From positions 1 through 64,000 of IMG/VR virus record IMGVR_UViG_3300048854_000126: 64,000 bases of DNA, one strand, 5' to 3'. Each line of letters begins with the position of its first letter. Position 1 is the stretch's first letter. The translations under genes and the position numbers were made by a program. This document shows, piece by piece, positions 9,198 to 18,400 of the stretch. Below the pieces are notes generated by a model, which did not search any database, was not told the origin of the DNA, and was given only the letters and a program-made list of their open reading frames with translations. The stretch is from a virus.

Positions 9198-9659
9198 ATG
9201 GCCGATTACATGATTCGACGGCGCTTCGCCCACCATACGGGCGGCACCAAGGCATATCAGGTTTATGAGATTCAGATGAACGGTGCCGCTGCCGTCGTGT
9301 TTCAGTTTGGCAAGTTCTCGACCGGCATGGACCCCACGAAGATGGGCGGCACGGTCGATATCGCAGGCGTTTTCGAACCAAGTGTCGCGAAGCGCCGTGC
9401 GCTCGACAAAGAGAAGGAGAAGAGCAAGAGGGGTTACCAGGACTGGGATACCGACGATTGCTCATTTGCCAACGAGTCAGAGCTCTTCGCCACCGTCGTA
9501 AGCCTGCTTGGTGGCCAGAAGGCAAATCAGATTCGGATCGCTCTCGAAGCTGATGAAGCATCCAAGCCCGCGCCAGCGCCCGATCCCGACAATAGCGGTA
9601 AGGGCAAAGCGAAAGCGCCCGCAACCGAAGAATTATTGCCCGAATGGGGCACTTGGTAG
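9198..9659 (+). CDS. WGR-domain-like protein, ends WGTW
   Basis: TKAYQV...FQFGKF...DKEKEKSKRGY matches the WGR pattern (KFY...WGR...EKxKKGY). Confidence 0.65.
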   Translation: MADYMIRRRFAHHTGGTKAYQVYEIQMNGAAAVVFQFGKFSTGMDPTKMGGTVDIAGVFEPSVAKRRALDKEKEKSKRGYQDWDTDDCSFANESELFATVVSLLGGQKANQIRIALEADEASKPAPAPDPDNSGKGKAKAPATEELLPEWGTW

Positions 9660-9668
9660 GAGAGAGCG

Positions 9669-10337
9669 ATGAGCACCGAAACGACCGAACAACCTGTTGC
9701 GTTCCTCCCGCCCAGCGTCTCCGCTGACGGCAAGCGCAACGCGTTCTATACGCAGTGCGTCGAGCTTCAGACGCGCCGCCCTTACGCTGCGTGTCAGCAC
9801 ATCCTTGACCATCGCGACGACGAGGGCATCGAGAGCATCTACGGCGATTGCCTGACCGCGATCCGGCGTGGCCGCTGCTCTGCCAGCGACATGCGCGACG
9901 AGGAAAAGCTCAAGGGTCAGGCGATCTACTTCACCGAACGTGTGAAGGGTGCCGCAGTGGTCGCACAGCAAGAAGCCTGGGTATCACCCAAGCGCGGCTA
10001 CCGGCGTGACAAGTATGCGACCGGTGCGCCGGCCATCCCCGCGCCGAAGGCTGGATTACGACCCATGAGCGCGACTGAACCGAAGAAGGCTGCGCCGCCG
10101 GTGTTCGACGGGAACATCTACGCGGCTGCATTGAACAAGGCTGCTGAGCGTAGCAAGAACAACGCAACTAACGATCAGCCGCCAAACGTCATCGCGACGA
10201 GCGCCGCTCCCGCGGCCTCGCCGCAAACCCCGGTCACCAAAACAGCGGTCGCGCCGGTCCCGAAAATGAATCTTCGCGCAGGGGAGTCGCCGCTTGAAAT
10301 GGCGCGTCGTCTGCGTGCTGCACAGGCCCAAAGCTAA
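9669..10337 (+). CDS. Hypothetical protein (Cys-containing N-terminal domain, Pro/Ala tail)
   Basis: RBS and codon usage consistent with the operon. Confidence 0.6.
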   Translation: MSTETTEQPVAFLPPSVSADGKRNAFYTQCVELQTRRPYAACQHILDHRDDEGIESIYGDCLTAIRRGRCSASDMRDEEKLKGQAIYFTERVKGAAVVAQQEAWVSPKRGYRRDKYATGAPAIPAPKAGLRPMSATEPKKAAPPVFDGNIYAAALNKAAERSKNNATNDQPPNVIATSAAPAASPQTPVTKTAVAPVPKMNLRAGESPLEMARRLRAAQAQS

Positions 10338-10357
10338 CTCGTAAGGAATAGTAACCC

Positions 10358-11779
10358 ATGACTAATATGACCTCTGACCAGGCGTTCAACGCGATTGAGA
10401 AGATCGCCGCAACGTCCAAGAAGAACGAAAAGGAAGCGATGGTGAAGCAGTTCCTCGCCTTCGACACCTTCAAGCGCGCGCTGGTGGCCGCGCTCGATCC
10501 GCTTGTCACCTACGGCATGCAGCAGGTGCCCGATCGCATCGAAGGCGCGGCGCCAGGTGCCAACACCTTCGAGAACGCGCCGATCTGGGAAACGCTCGAC
10601 AAGCTCGCGGCCCGCACGCTCACGGGCAACGACGCCCGCAACGAAGTGCAGCGCCTGATGACCTTCCTCACGCCGCAGTCGGCCGAGCTCTTCAAGCGAA
10701 TCATCCGCAAGGATCTGCGCGCGGGCTTTTCCGGCTCGACGGTCAACAAAGCGTGGAAGGGCCTGATTCAAGAATTCCCTTACATGCGCTGCGTGCTGCC
10801 CGAGAAGGCCAAGTTCGAAAAGTGGGACTGGGCGGCCGGTGTTTTCAGTCAGCACAAGGCTGATGGCGCATTCACCAACGTCGATCACGAAGAAAGCGGT
10901 GTTGTGCGCCTCACCACGCGTCAGGGAAACGAACTGCCGATCGAGGCGTTCCCGGCGATGGCCGACGAGATCCGTCGCTCGCTCACCAAGGGCACACAGA
11001 CGCACGGTGAGATCGTCGTGTTCGTGGACGGTGTGATGGCAACACGTGAGATCGGCAACGGCATCCTGAACCGCATCCAGGCGGGCGGGGCGTTCGCCGC
11101 AAACGAAGTGCCGGTGTTCTACGGTTGGGACCAGATTCCGCTCTCGGCGGTGGTGCCAAAGGGCGAGCATCAAGTCGGCTATCGCGAGCGTTTCAAAGGC
11201 TTGCTCCTGCAGCTGGTGAAGGCGGGCACGACGTCGGTCAAGGTCATCCCGACGAAGATCGTCCACTCGCTGAAGGAAGCTTACGAGCACTGCACGAGTC
11301 TGCAGATCGATGGCAAGGAAGGCACGGTCATCAAAGAAGGCAGCGGCATCTGGAAGGACACTGATTCCGGCAACCCGTTCGTCGTGAAGCTCAAGCTCGA
11401 GGTGGACGTCGATCTGGTGTGCGTGGGCGTTGTGCCGGGTCGCGTGGGCACGAAAAACGAAGGGCGCGCAGGATCGATCACGCTCGAGACGTCGGACGGG
11501 CTGCTGCGCGTCGATGCAGCGGTAAAGGGCGAAAAGATGCGTGATGACGTCGATGCGAACCCGACCAACTGGATCGGCAGCATCGTCGCGCTGCGCTTCA
11601 ATTCGATCCTGAAGCCGTCAGCAAGCAACGACCTGCATTCGCTCTTCCTGCCGCGTCTGGTCGAGGCGAGCTACCGCACCGACAAGATCGTCGCCGACTC
11701 GCTCGAGGAAGTGTTCGCACAGTTCAACGCCAAAGTCACCGGCGTGCCCATTGAAAAGAAAGTGGCGGAGGCCGCCTGA
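10358..11779 (+). CDS. ATP-dependent DNA ligase (T4 gp30-like)
   Basis: KADG motif I, HGEI, EGTVIK, VVKLK, LFLPR; operator at 10348-10365 overlaps the ATG. Confidence 0.9.
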   Translation: MTNMTSDQAFNAIEKIAATSKKNEKEAMVKQFLAFDTFKRALVAALDPLVTYGMQQVPDRIEGAAPGANTFENAPIWETLDKLAARTLTGNDARNEVQRLMTFLTPQSAELFKRIIRKDLRAGFSGSTVNKAWKGLIQEFPYMRCVLPEKAKFEKWDWAAGVFSQHKADGAFTNVDHEESGVVRLTTRQGNELPIEAFPAMADEIRRSLTKGTQTHGEIVVFVDGVMATREIGNGILNRIQAGGAFAANEVPVFYGWDQIPLSAVVPKGEHQVGYRERFKGLLLQLVKAGTTSVKVIPTKIVHSLKEAYEHCTSLQIDGKEGTVIKEGSGIWKDTDSGNPFVVKLKLEVDVDLVCVGVVPGRVGTKNEGRAGSITLETSDGLLRVDAAVKGEKMRDDVDANPTNWIGSIVALRFNSILKPSASNDLHSLFLPRLVEASYRTDKIVADSLEEVFAQFNAKVTGVPIEKKVAEAA

Positions 11780-11780
11780 G

Positions 11781-11975
11781 ATGAACCCGATCACCCTGGA
11801 CACGATCCGCACGATGTCGCCATTCCCGTGGCGCTCGCAGATCAACTTCGACGGCATGGGCGGCTGCCGCATGATTGACGCGAACAATGCCGAAGTGGGG
11901 TTGCTCACGATCATCGCCTTCGCCGGCATCATGAGTTCGACGCTTCACGCGGAAGAAGCGAGGGCTGCGGCATGA
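11781..11975 (+). CDS. Small hypothetical protein
   Basis: Translationally coupled in the operon. Confidence 0.5.
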   Translation: MNPITLDTIRTMSPFPWRSQINFDGMGGCRMIDANNAEVGLLTIIAFAGIMSSTLHAEEARAAA

Positions 11976-12313
11976 GACTCATCGAGAGTGCGTTGGTCGG
12001 AGCGGGCGTGGTGCAGCCGACCATCAAGGCGATTGCGGACTCGATTCGCGATTACCCCGAAACCTTCACGATGCGTGCCGGCCGCGACAACGCCTTCTCC
12101 TGGCTCACGCATACGAGCAGAACGTGGGCGGTCCTGCGCTTTGATGAAGCGGGTCAGACGTTGCCCCGTTTTCGCATCATCAACGCCCTCGGCGAAGAGA
12201 CGTTGAAGCTGGGCTGGTGGGATCGCGCAGTGCTCGCGGTCTCATGGCCTTCACACCTTGAACCTCGCGCCACGGTTGACCCTCGCGGTGCGATTCTGCT
12301 GGGAACGACATAA
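11972..12313 (+). CDS. Hypothetical protein
   Basis: ATGA overlap with the previous ORF. Confidence 0.5.
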   Translation: MRLIESALVGAGVVQPTIKAIADSIRDYPETFTMRAGRDNAFSWLTHTSRTWAVLRFDEAGQTLPRFRIINALGEETLKLGWWDRAVLAVSWPSHLEPRATVDPRGAILLGTT

Positions 12314-12331
12314 CCGAACCCGGCACGCAGC

Positions 12332-12358
12332 GAAGCCCAGCCAAGAGCTGGGCTTTTT
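12332..12358 (+). terminator. Intrinsic terminator
   Basis: AAGCCCAGC-CAAGA-GCTGGGCTT then T tract. Confidence 0.75.
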
Positions 12359-12428
12359 GCGTTAATGATCCGCTCGACACGGGGTAAACCGGGCCAGTAT
12401 CATGTGCGCTAATTTGGAGAAAAGGCAC

Positions 12429-12830
12429 ATGACCTATAAGACCTTCACGCTCGCCGACCTGCGCGCACTGCTAGCCCCACTGAGCAACACGCGGCGCCAG
12501 GCGATTTTCTACACCCTCGAAACACACGGCACGATCGACAGCACCGTCATGCTCGGCTGGAAGGAAGGGCTTCGCACGCAAGCGCCTGCATTCGCACGCG
12601 ATATCGTGCAAGCGCAACCGCGTCACCTGCGGCTCGACTACGTGTTTTGGGAATATCTCGAAAGCGGGACCGCTGCGCCGCTCTTTGGGCTCGAAGACAA
12701 TGTGCGGGAAGTGACGATGGGCAGGAGCTTCCCTGAGCTGCAGGCGCTCTATGACCGTATGGTCTGGGTCGATTCTGAAGTCGAAGCCACCGCGTTCATG
12801 GCCGACCTTCAGGCGATGGGGATTGCATGA
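12429..12830 (+). CDS. Hypothetical protein
   Basis: GGAG/AAGG RBS; 133 aa ORF. Confidence 0.55.
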   Translation: MTYKTFTLADLRALLAPLSNTRRQAIFYTLETHGTIDSTVMLGWKEGLRTQAPAFARDIVQAQPRHLRLDYVFWEYLESGTAAPLFGLEDNVREVTMGRSFPELQALYDRMVWVDSEVEATAFMADLQAMGIA

Positions 12831-13315
12831 CTTGGGGAGATTGGCTGTGGGTGGGCATCGGCGTTCCTGTGCTTGCGCCGCTAGGTGGGCTCCTGTTGGT
12901 ATGGTTCATCCACCAGCTCGCGTCAGGTTCCGGCGGCCTGCCTCCGAAGATCGTCGCGCGAATCCAGGCACTCGCACCTTTTCGCGATGGTCAGATGGGA
13001 TACGTGGCTCTCGGGTGGGCGGTTGCAGCCTATTATGAGATGCACGCGTGGCAGGCGGGCAAGACGGCATGCCCGTGGGTCGAGAGCATGGACAAGGGTT
13101 TGTGGGCGTTCGGAGCGCTCTCAGGCATTATCGCGGCGTTCGGGTCGGTGTCGCCCGTCGAGGCCATGCCCGCGGGCGCGACGGCTCCGGCGCGATGGTC
13201 GAAGAAGTGGTTTCAGCGCTACCTCGCGGCCATTTCGTCTATAATTGTGGCGTTTATACTCGTTGTGATGATGATCCTAATTCATCGCTGGACTGAAGGA
13301 GCAACCTGTCAATGA
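12827..13315 (+). CDS. Membrane protein (about 4 TM)
   Basis: Multiple hydrophobic segments; ATGA coupling. Confidence 0.6.
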   Translation: MTWGDWLWVGIGVPVLAPLGGLLLVWFIHQLASGSGGLPPKIVARIQALAPFRDGQMGYVALGWAVAAYYEMHAWQAGKTACPWVESMDKGLWAFGALSGIIAAFGSVSPVEAMPAGATAPARWSKKWFQRYLAAISSIIVAFILVVMMILIHRWTEGATCQ

Positions 13316-13431
13316 CTAAGTTAGCGCACCTCGCAGAAGATTCGAAGGCCGCCCTGTATATGGCGGGCATCCTGGCGATCGGGTGCCTGACAGGGCTGGT
13401 GTTCATCGGTCGGGCAATCATTCTGCATTGA
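13312..13431 (+). CDS. Small single-TM peptide (39 aa)
   Basis: AGGAG RBS; ATGA coupling; MTKLAHLAEDSKAALYMAGILAIGCLTGLVFIGRAIILH. Confidence 0.45.
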   Translation: MTKLAHLAEDSKAALYMAGILAIGCLTGLVFIGRAIILH

Positions 13432-13451
13432 GCCTTAGAGCTAGAGCAAAG

Positions 13452-13478
13452 AAAAGCCACCTTCGCGGTGGCTTTTTT
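13452..13478. terminator. Bidirectional terminator
   Basis: AAAAGCCACC-TTCGC-GGTGGCTTTTTT. Confidence 0.75.
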
Positions 13479-13808
13479 CATTTCACGACGCGTGGCCAGC
13501 CTACCTCGTTCGCATGGCGTTTAATAAATGTGGCCATCCAGCGACAACTGTAACCAGAAGTAAGCCGTGTGTGCGGTTGCCAACATAGCCAGGATTCGTC
13601 TGCGGATACTATGCACTCACTGACCGATAACAACCGCCCGAACTCATAAAAACCAAGGTTCAGAGGCGAAAGGTCAGATACGAGAAGAAAATCTATCAAG
13701 GCGGTAACGGGGGTTTCCACCTTGATTTGCGGCCCGGCTTTTGTCGGGCCTTTTACTTTTCCGCACCGTAGTTTACATAATAGAAGTTATCACCGTTTTA
13801 GGGTCGGA

Positions 13809-14519
13809 TCATTTGTGCCCGAATCCGAGGGCTGCTTTGCGATGAAACCCGGCGTATTTTACCTTTTGCCATTCGGTCGTGCGGCCGCGCTGGTAGAGAG
13901 AATCAAGGCGCTTCGCGACCATGCCTTCGAAGCCGTGAAGCTCGACTTGTTCCCAGACCCATTCGCCGGCGCCGACGATACCATTCGTGAAAACGAGCGA
14001 TCCGGTGTCCTCGAAACTGTCGCGCAGGAAGGCTTTGCGCTTGAGTAGCGGCAGCCCGCGCAAGTCGCGAGTCCCGAGCGTCAAGATATCGAACAGGTAG
14101 AGCCGCGCCGGCCGCGCGATCGATGCTGCCTTCACACGTGACGCGACTGAGGTTACCGCGCGGGAGCGCAACACTTCAAAGTTGGAGTAACCGCCAGGGT
14201 CATCTACGGTGAGCTCGGCATCCCACGTGAAATCGCCGGGCACCTGCGCAATCGCCGCGACAACTTCCGGGAAGGACCGATTCAACGAGTTGCCGGGTCG
14301 CGATATCAGATCCACGCGCACGCCCTGCTTTCGGATCAAGCACCGAAATCCATCGTATTTCCATTCGAAGATCCACCCCTTCATGGAAAACGGCGCCTGA
14401 CGCAAGGTAGCCAGCATCAGGTCGGTCGATTCGATTGCCTTGAGCAGCGGCACGCCCGGCGGCTTGGTCCGGACGGCTAGTTTCTTTGATCCATCCGGGG
14501 CCTGCAGCGCACGGGCCAT
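13809..14519 (-). CDS. ATP-dependent DNA ligase, LigD-type adenylation domain (host-like)
   Basis: EWKYDGFR, DAEL, YLFDIL, EGMVAKR and WQKVK motifs; no OB domain. Confidence 0.85.
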   Translation of the reverse strand: MARALQAPDGSKKLAVRTKPPGVPLLKAIESTDLMLATLRQAPFSMKGWIFEWKYDGFRCLIRKQGVRVDLISRPGNSLNRSFPEVVAAIAQVPGDFTWDAELTVDDPGGYSNFEVLRSRAVTSVASRVKAASIARPARLYLFDILTLGTRDLRGLPLLKRKAFLRDSFEDTGSLVFTNGIVGAGEWVWEQVELHGFEGMVAKRLDSLYQRGRTTEWQKVKYAGFHRKAALGFGHK

Positions 14520-14521
14520 GC

Positions 14522-14752
14522 TTATCTGCCGGTTTTCGTCACTTCAATGTTTTCGAGCCAGTGCTGAAAGACCACCATCAGTTGATCTGCATCGAGCGTC
14601 TTGGAAAGCAGATGACCGCGTTTCGCCACGCGGTTGTCGTGCTCGACGCACGGCAGCGGGATTTGATCGAACTTAAGCCGATCCGCCACTAGGACATACA
14701 CAATCTTCGCATCCCCGTGCACGCCTACAAAGTCATGGTTTTCGTCAGTCAT
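14522..14752 (-). CDS. Small hypothetical protein
   Basis: Co-oriented with and adjacent to the LigD-like gene. Confidence 0.4.
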   Translation of the reverse strand: MTDENHDFVGVHGDAKIVYVLVADRLKFDQIPLPCVEHDNRVAKRGHLLSKTLDADQLMVVFQHWLENIEVTKTGR

Positions 14753-14955
14753 GGGCGCAGATCTTCAGACGTTAGGGTGACACCGCCGTCCCATTCGAGC
14801 GTGACGGGAGCGCCGCAGGAGTCGCACTTGGCAGAAGCGCCCTCACGCGAGTCATCCGGATAATGCGTTTCCCCGCGATGGCCGCACGCACCGCAACGGT
14901 AGACATACAGCACCCCGTCCGACCCCATATTAATCCCCTTTCCGGTCTGTGAATG

Positions 14956-14971
14956 CTGTATAAAAACACAG
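14956..14971. promoter_or_regulatory. LexA (SOS) box
   Basis: CTGT-ATAAAAAC-ACAG, the proteobacterial CTGT-N8-ACAG consensus, just upstream of ORF 14985. Confidence 0.8.
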
Positions 14972-14984
14972 TATGATTAGCACC

Positions 14985-15293
14985 ATGATGCAACCTATCG
15001 ACGATTCTAACGCCGTCGAGTTCTACGAAGAACGCGTGGCGATCATGCACTTTGACGGCGGCCTAAAGGGCTACGACGCCGAGCATTATGCGCGCCTCGC
15101 GACCTGGCGATACTGCCGTCGAACGGGATTCGACGAGCCGGACTCCGTGGTGTATCGGATGCTGTGCCGCGATTTGACCGGCAAGGAGCCGGTCGCGCCG
15201 GGAACAGATGATGCGGACCACGGATGCATTGCAAGAGATCAAATATGGACCAAGCCCTACTCGATTACTGGGTCAGCCGCGCCGAGCGAATGA
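14985..15293 (+). CDS. SOS-box-linked hypothetical protein
   Basis: Contains EERVAIMHFDGGL, the EERAAIxEyDGG motif common in phage and plasmid small proteins. Confidence 0.55.
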   Translation: MMQPIDDSNAVEFYEERVAIMHFDGGLKGYDAEHYARLATWRYCRRTGFDEPDSVVYRMLCRDLTGKEPVAPGTDDADHGCIARDQIWTKPYSITGSAAPSE

Positions 15294-15577
15294 ACGAAGC
15301 ACAGTCGCGCCCCAACGCGCCGCTAATCCTTCGCCGCTACTCATCGGACCCGAAGCACGCCGAGCCAATTATCTCGCGCGAGCACATCGTCATCAGTCAC
15401 ATCGTCGATGCCGAGCTCGGCGAAAAATCGATTGCCTGGGTCGAGCATTCCGGCGACCCCGACCGACGCACACCCGACGCGACGATATGGATGGGCGACA
15501 CGGACCTGGAAGCGGCGATGCTTTGCTACTTGAGCGTGAAGTTCGGCGACGAAGTGGCCCACGGCTTCTTCATCTAA
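15245..15577 (+). CDS. NinX/DUF2591-like phage protein
   Basis: LDYWVSRAE, YSSD...PIISREHI, and GDTDLEAAMLCYLSVKFGDEV. Confidence 0.65.
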   Translation: MDQALLDYWVSRAERMNEAQSRPNAPLILRRYSSDPKHAEPIISREHIVISHIVDAELGEKSIAWVEHSGDPDRRTPDATIWMGDTDLEAAMLCYLSVKFGDEVAHGFFI

Positions 15578-15589
15578 TTCGGCACACCC

Positions 15590-15817
15590 TCACGCGTAGT
15601 TTTCGTCGATCCACGCCCTAGCCCATTGGATCGCGCGGTTCTCGGCGTCTTCGCTGGTCGAATAATCGCCAAGGTCCGAGAAGCAATACCGGCGATCCGG
15701 CTCGTCGTCCTGGTGAGGGTCGTGCCACTCGAGCACGGCTGCTGCCTTGAATTGAGATCCGACCACCACCGATCCGGCACGGATCACCCACCCTTCGTAT
15801 ATCAGTTTGCTGGTCAT
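15590..15817 (-). CDS. Small Burkholderiales-type hypothetical protein
   Basis: YEGWVI...AENRAIQWARAWID pattern; GGAAGG RBS. Confidence 0.55.
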   Translation of the reverse strand: MTSKLIYEGWVIRAGSVVVGSQFKAAAVLEWHDPHQDDEPDRRYCFSDLGDYSTSEDAENRAIQWARAWIDENYA

Positions 15818-15899
15818 TGCCTTCCCCTGAGAGCCCATTTTTCGCAGAGATACAGCAGGTATTGGACCGCGTGTTTGCTGATGCTTTGGCGACCGACAG

Positions 15900-16334
15900 T
15901 TAGTTGCGATCTGTTGTTGCCGGCAACCCGGGGACGACCTCCGTAACGCCACCCATTTGCCGCACGGTAATAGCGTTGATCGGGTTCTTTTCAGCTCGGC
16001 GATTCCTCAAGGCCGCCCACGTGGCAATTCGTTCGGTAAACACCTTCGCGAAGAAACCGAAATTCCACATGTTGATTATCAACAGAAATATGTCGCCCCG
16101 AGAGATCGGCCGCACCCCAAATAGGAAATCTCCTATCAAGTAGCCAGCACCGCCCATGAAGCAAAACGGTGCGCCCGTATTTAGAAACCAAACCCAGCCA
16201 ATACTCAGCCATCCGACAACCCGAGCATGTTCAGCGGGCGTCGCCTTGGCAATGCTGTAGAGTCCAACGACAAGCGAAATCAAAAACGCGCCAAAAGTGC
16301 TGATGATCTGAGTCAGGGTCATTTGTATCCCCAA
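15900..16334 (-). CDS. Membrane protein, lower GC
   Basis: 3 hydrophobic segments. Confidence 0.55.
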   Translation of the reverse strand: MGIQMTLTQIISTFGAFLISLVVGLYSIAKATPAEHARVVGWLSIGWVWFLNTGAPFCFMGGAGYLIGDFLFGVRPISRGDIFLLIINMWNFGFFAKVFTERIATWAALRNRRAEKNPINAITVRQMGGVTEVVPGLPATTDRN

Positions 16335-16403
16335 ACAAGGTCAATTCATGCGGAATGAGGTTCGACTTCCGCTTACGATTAGGTCGCTCGTGAGCGACCT
16401 ATC

Positions 16404-16670
16404 CTACGGCTGCTGCCGCCCAGGCATGTCGTGGTCTTGGCGCTTGCGCCACATTCGCCCACTACGCTCCCAGACAACCGCGTCACCTGTCATCGCGTTG
16501 AACGCCTTCAAAACCGCTGGGCTGATCGCCAAGTTTCCGTTCGCGTTGATCCATGCGAACTTCTCGCCGAAACGCTCCATGATCGCGGTCACGGCAACGT
16601 GTTGGTCGAGAAAGTTCTCCGAATCTACGAATGCCTTCATCCAGGCCGCAGCCTCAGCGGCCGTGCTCAT
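16404..16670 (-). CDS. Small conserved hypothetical protein
   Basis: NANGNLAIS...VVWERSGRMWRKR; coupled to the DUF2158 gene. Confidence 0.6.
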   Translation of the reverse strand: MSTAAEAAAWMKAFVDSENFLDQHVAVTAIMERFGEKFAWINANGNLAISPAVLKAFNAMTGDAVVWERSGRMWRKRQDHDMPGRQQP

Positions 16671-16876
16671 TTCTTCGGCTCATCAACTTCGGTTGTCAGC
16701 GTATCAGGATGAAATTCCGCACGTTCTGCCTTAGAGCCGGCGAACCACGTGCAGACCACCCGATTACGAACGGATACCAAATCGTGGACCGACATTTTCG
16801 GGCCGCCCGACTTCAACTTCACAATGTCGCCCGGCTTGAATTTCGGCTGTATCGCCTCTGCTGCTTTCGTTGCCAT
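16667..16876 (-). CDS. DUF2158/YodC-family protein
   Basis: FKPGDIVKLKSGGPKMSV...CTWF signature. Confidence 0.8.
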   Translation of the reverse strand: MATKAAEAIQPKFKPGDIVKLKSGGPKMSVHDLVSVRNRVVCTWFAGSKAERAEFHPDTLTTEVDEPKK

Positions 16877-17000
16877 GAATACCTCATCCTAAATTGAGCA
16901 CCCGGCTCGGAGAAGAAGGTGCCTAAAATGCTCGCAAACTATCGAGCCATTCTTTCCTTACAGGATTGAGAATACACAGTAATTTTGACCGCGCAACAAT

Positions 17001-17271
17001 AGTCGCCGGCCAGCGACCTGTCTCAGCGCCAATACACCTAAACTAGCGACCTTTTAATAGCCAATAGGTCGCTCGCGGGCGACCAATCGGGCTGTGGACA
17101 AGTGGCTGTGGATAAAAAACGATTGGTCGCTGGCTGGCGACCCATAGTGCCCAATAGGTCGCTGAGATGAGGGGTATCAGGTGTCAATAGGTCGCTGGCG
17201 AGCGACTCTATATAGATTTGAATATCTATAAGTAGTAAACGGGATAACTTGGCTGGGAAGCTTGTGGACAG
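17001..17271. other. Putative plasmid replication origin
   Basis: Palindromic iterons (G/A)GTCGC-N6-GCGAC(C/T) at 17001, 17067, 17125 and 17190; perfect DnaA box TGTGGATAA at 17107-17115 with near-matches at 17093 and 17263; AT-rich tract 17208-17239; adjacent to rep. Confidence 0.75.
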
Positions 17272-17358
17272 AAACGGCTTCGGCAAACTGTGTCGCGAAG
17301 CCAACGCCCTGAAAAGCAGTTTTACAGAAAGGGGCTGTCGGACCGAGCAAGGCCGCGG

Positions 17359-17973
17359 TTAATCCCCGAGGCGGCGCAGGTTCTGAGCCAGTGTGTCGTA
17401 TTGCGGGTTCGATCCCCCGGCAGGATCAGTAACCGTCACCTGTTGGATGTTGAACGTCGCGTTGTCGCCAGTCGAATTGATAATGTTCACATTGAGCGTG
17501 ATCTTCGCCTCGCTGCCGTTTGGCAACCGACCGTTCTTCGCGAAATGCTGCAGCTCCTTGATGAAGCTCGCGAACATCATCGGCTGATAGACGCCCTCGC
17601 CCACCGCCTTCACTTCGCCCATCGGATCTGTCATGGGAATGATTTCCTTGAGCGAATAGTTGTTCCGCCGCCCTACTTTGGTCCGCTCGACGATGTTGAG
17701 TTCCGTGAGCCGGTCGAGCGCCCGGTAGACCGTATCGAGCGAGACGCCGATGTGCTTGGCGATCGTGTCCTGACTTGGCCACGCCTTCCCGGTATTGAGG
17801 GCCGTGTAGGCTTTGAGGACCGTGTAGACCGCCCAGGCGTGCACGCCCATTTCGGCGATCTTGTCGCGGACGATCATTGAACGCACCACATGAAACCAGT
17901 GATGCTCCACCTTGAGCTCGTCCCACAACTCCTGCTGCTCAGGCGGATCAACCCTGTTTGTTAGATTTTGCAT
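17359..17973 (-). CDS. Putative replication initiator (winged-helix, HTH_36-like)
   Basis: AWPSQDTIAKHIGVSLDTVYRALDRL HTH; lies between the par genes and the iteron region. Confidence 0.7.
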   Translation of the reverse strand: MQNLTNRVDPPEQQELWDELKVEHHWFHVVRSMIVRDKIAEMGVHAWAVYTVLKAYTALNTGKAWPSQDTIAKHIGVSLDTVYRALDRLTELNIVERTKVGRRNNYSLKEIIPMTDPMGEVKAVGEGVYQPMMFASFIKELQHFAKNGRLPNGSEAKITLNVNIINSTGDNATFNIQQVTVTDPAGGSNPQYDTLAQNLRRLGD

Positions 17974-18400
17974 TGAGCTCTTTCTCCATGCGGTCCATCT
18001 CGCGCTCGAGCGCGCGCACGAGGATTGTCTTCATCGTCTCGCCGGGCACCCGCGACAGCATCATCAGGCGTTCTTTGACGTGAACGGGTATACGCGTATT
18101 GTGGACCACTTCCGGCACGATCGTCGGCATCGCAGACTGCCATGACTGCGCCGGCGCCGCGGCCTGGGGAGCTACCGGCGCAACAGCTGGTGCAGGCGCG
18201 CGGACTTCCGCAGGCGGCGTCGCTTGAGCGGCGGGCGCAGCGTCGGCCGGAGACCGCGTTTCACTTTCGGACTGCCCTCCCCTCACGGCATTCATCGCCT
18301 CACGTGCTGGTTGCTCGCTCCAGTCGGACAGCTTTTCCAGTCGTTCGTGCGGGTTGCTGCTGCTCTGCGGCCGGCGCATAGGCGGAACGGAAGCTTTCAT
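17948..18400 (-). CDS. Type Ib partition partner (ParG-like ribbon-helix-helix)
   Basis: Flexible N-terminus plus C-terminal HNTRIPVHVKERL...TMKTILVRAL RHH pattern; directly after parA. Confidence 0.65.
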   Translation of the reverse strand: MKASVPPMRRPQSSSNPHERLEKLSDWSEQPAREAMNAVRGGQSESETRSPADAAPAAQATPPAEVRAPAPAVAPVAPQAAAPAQSWQSAMPTIVPEVVHNTRIPVHVKERLMMLSRVPGETMKTILVRALEREMDRMEKELNAKSNKQG

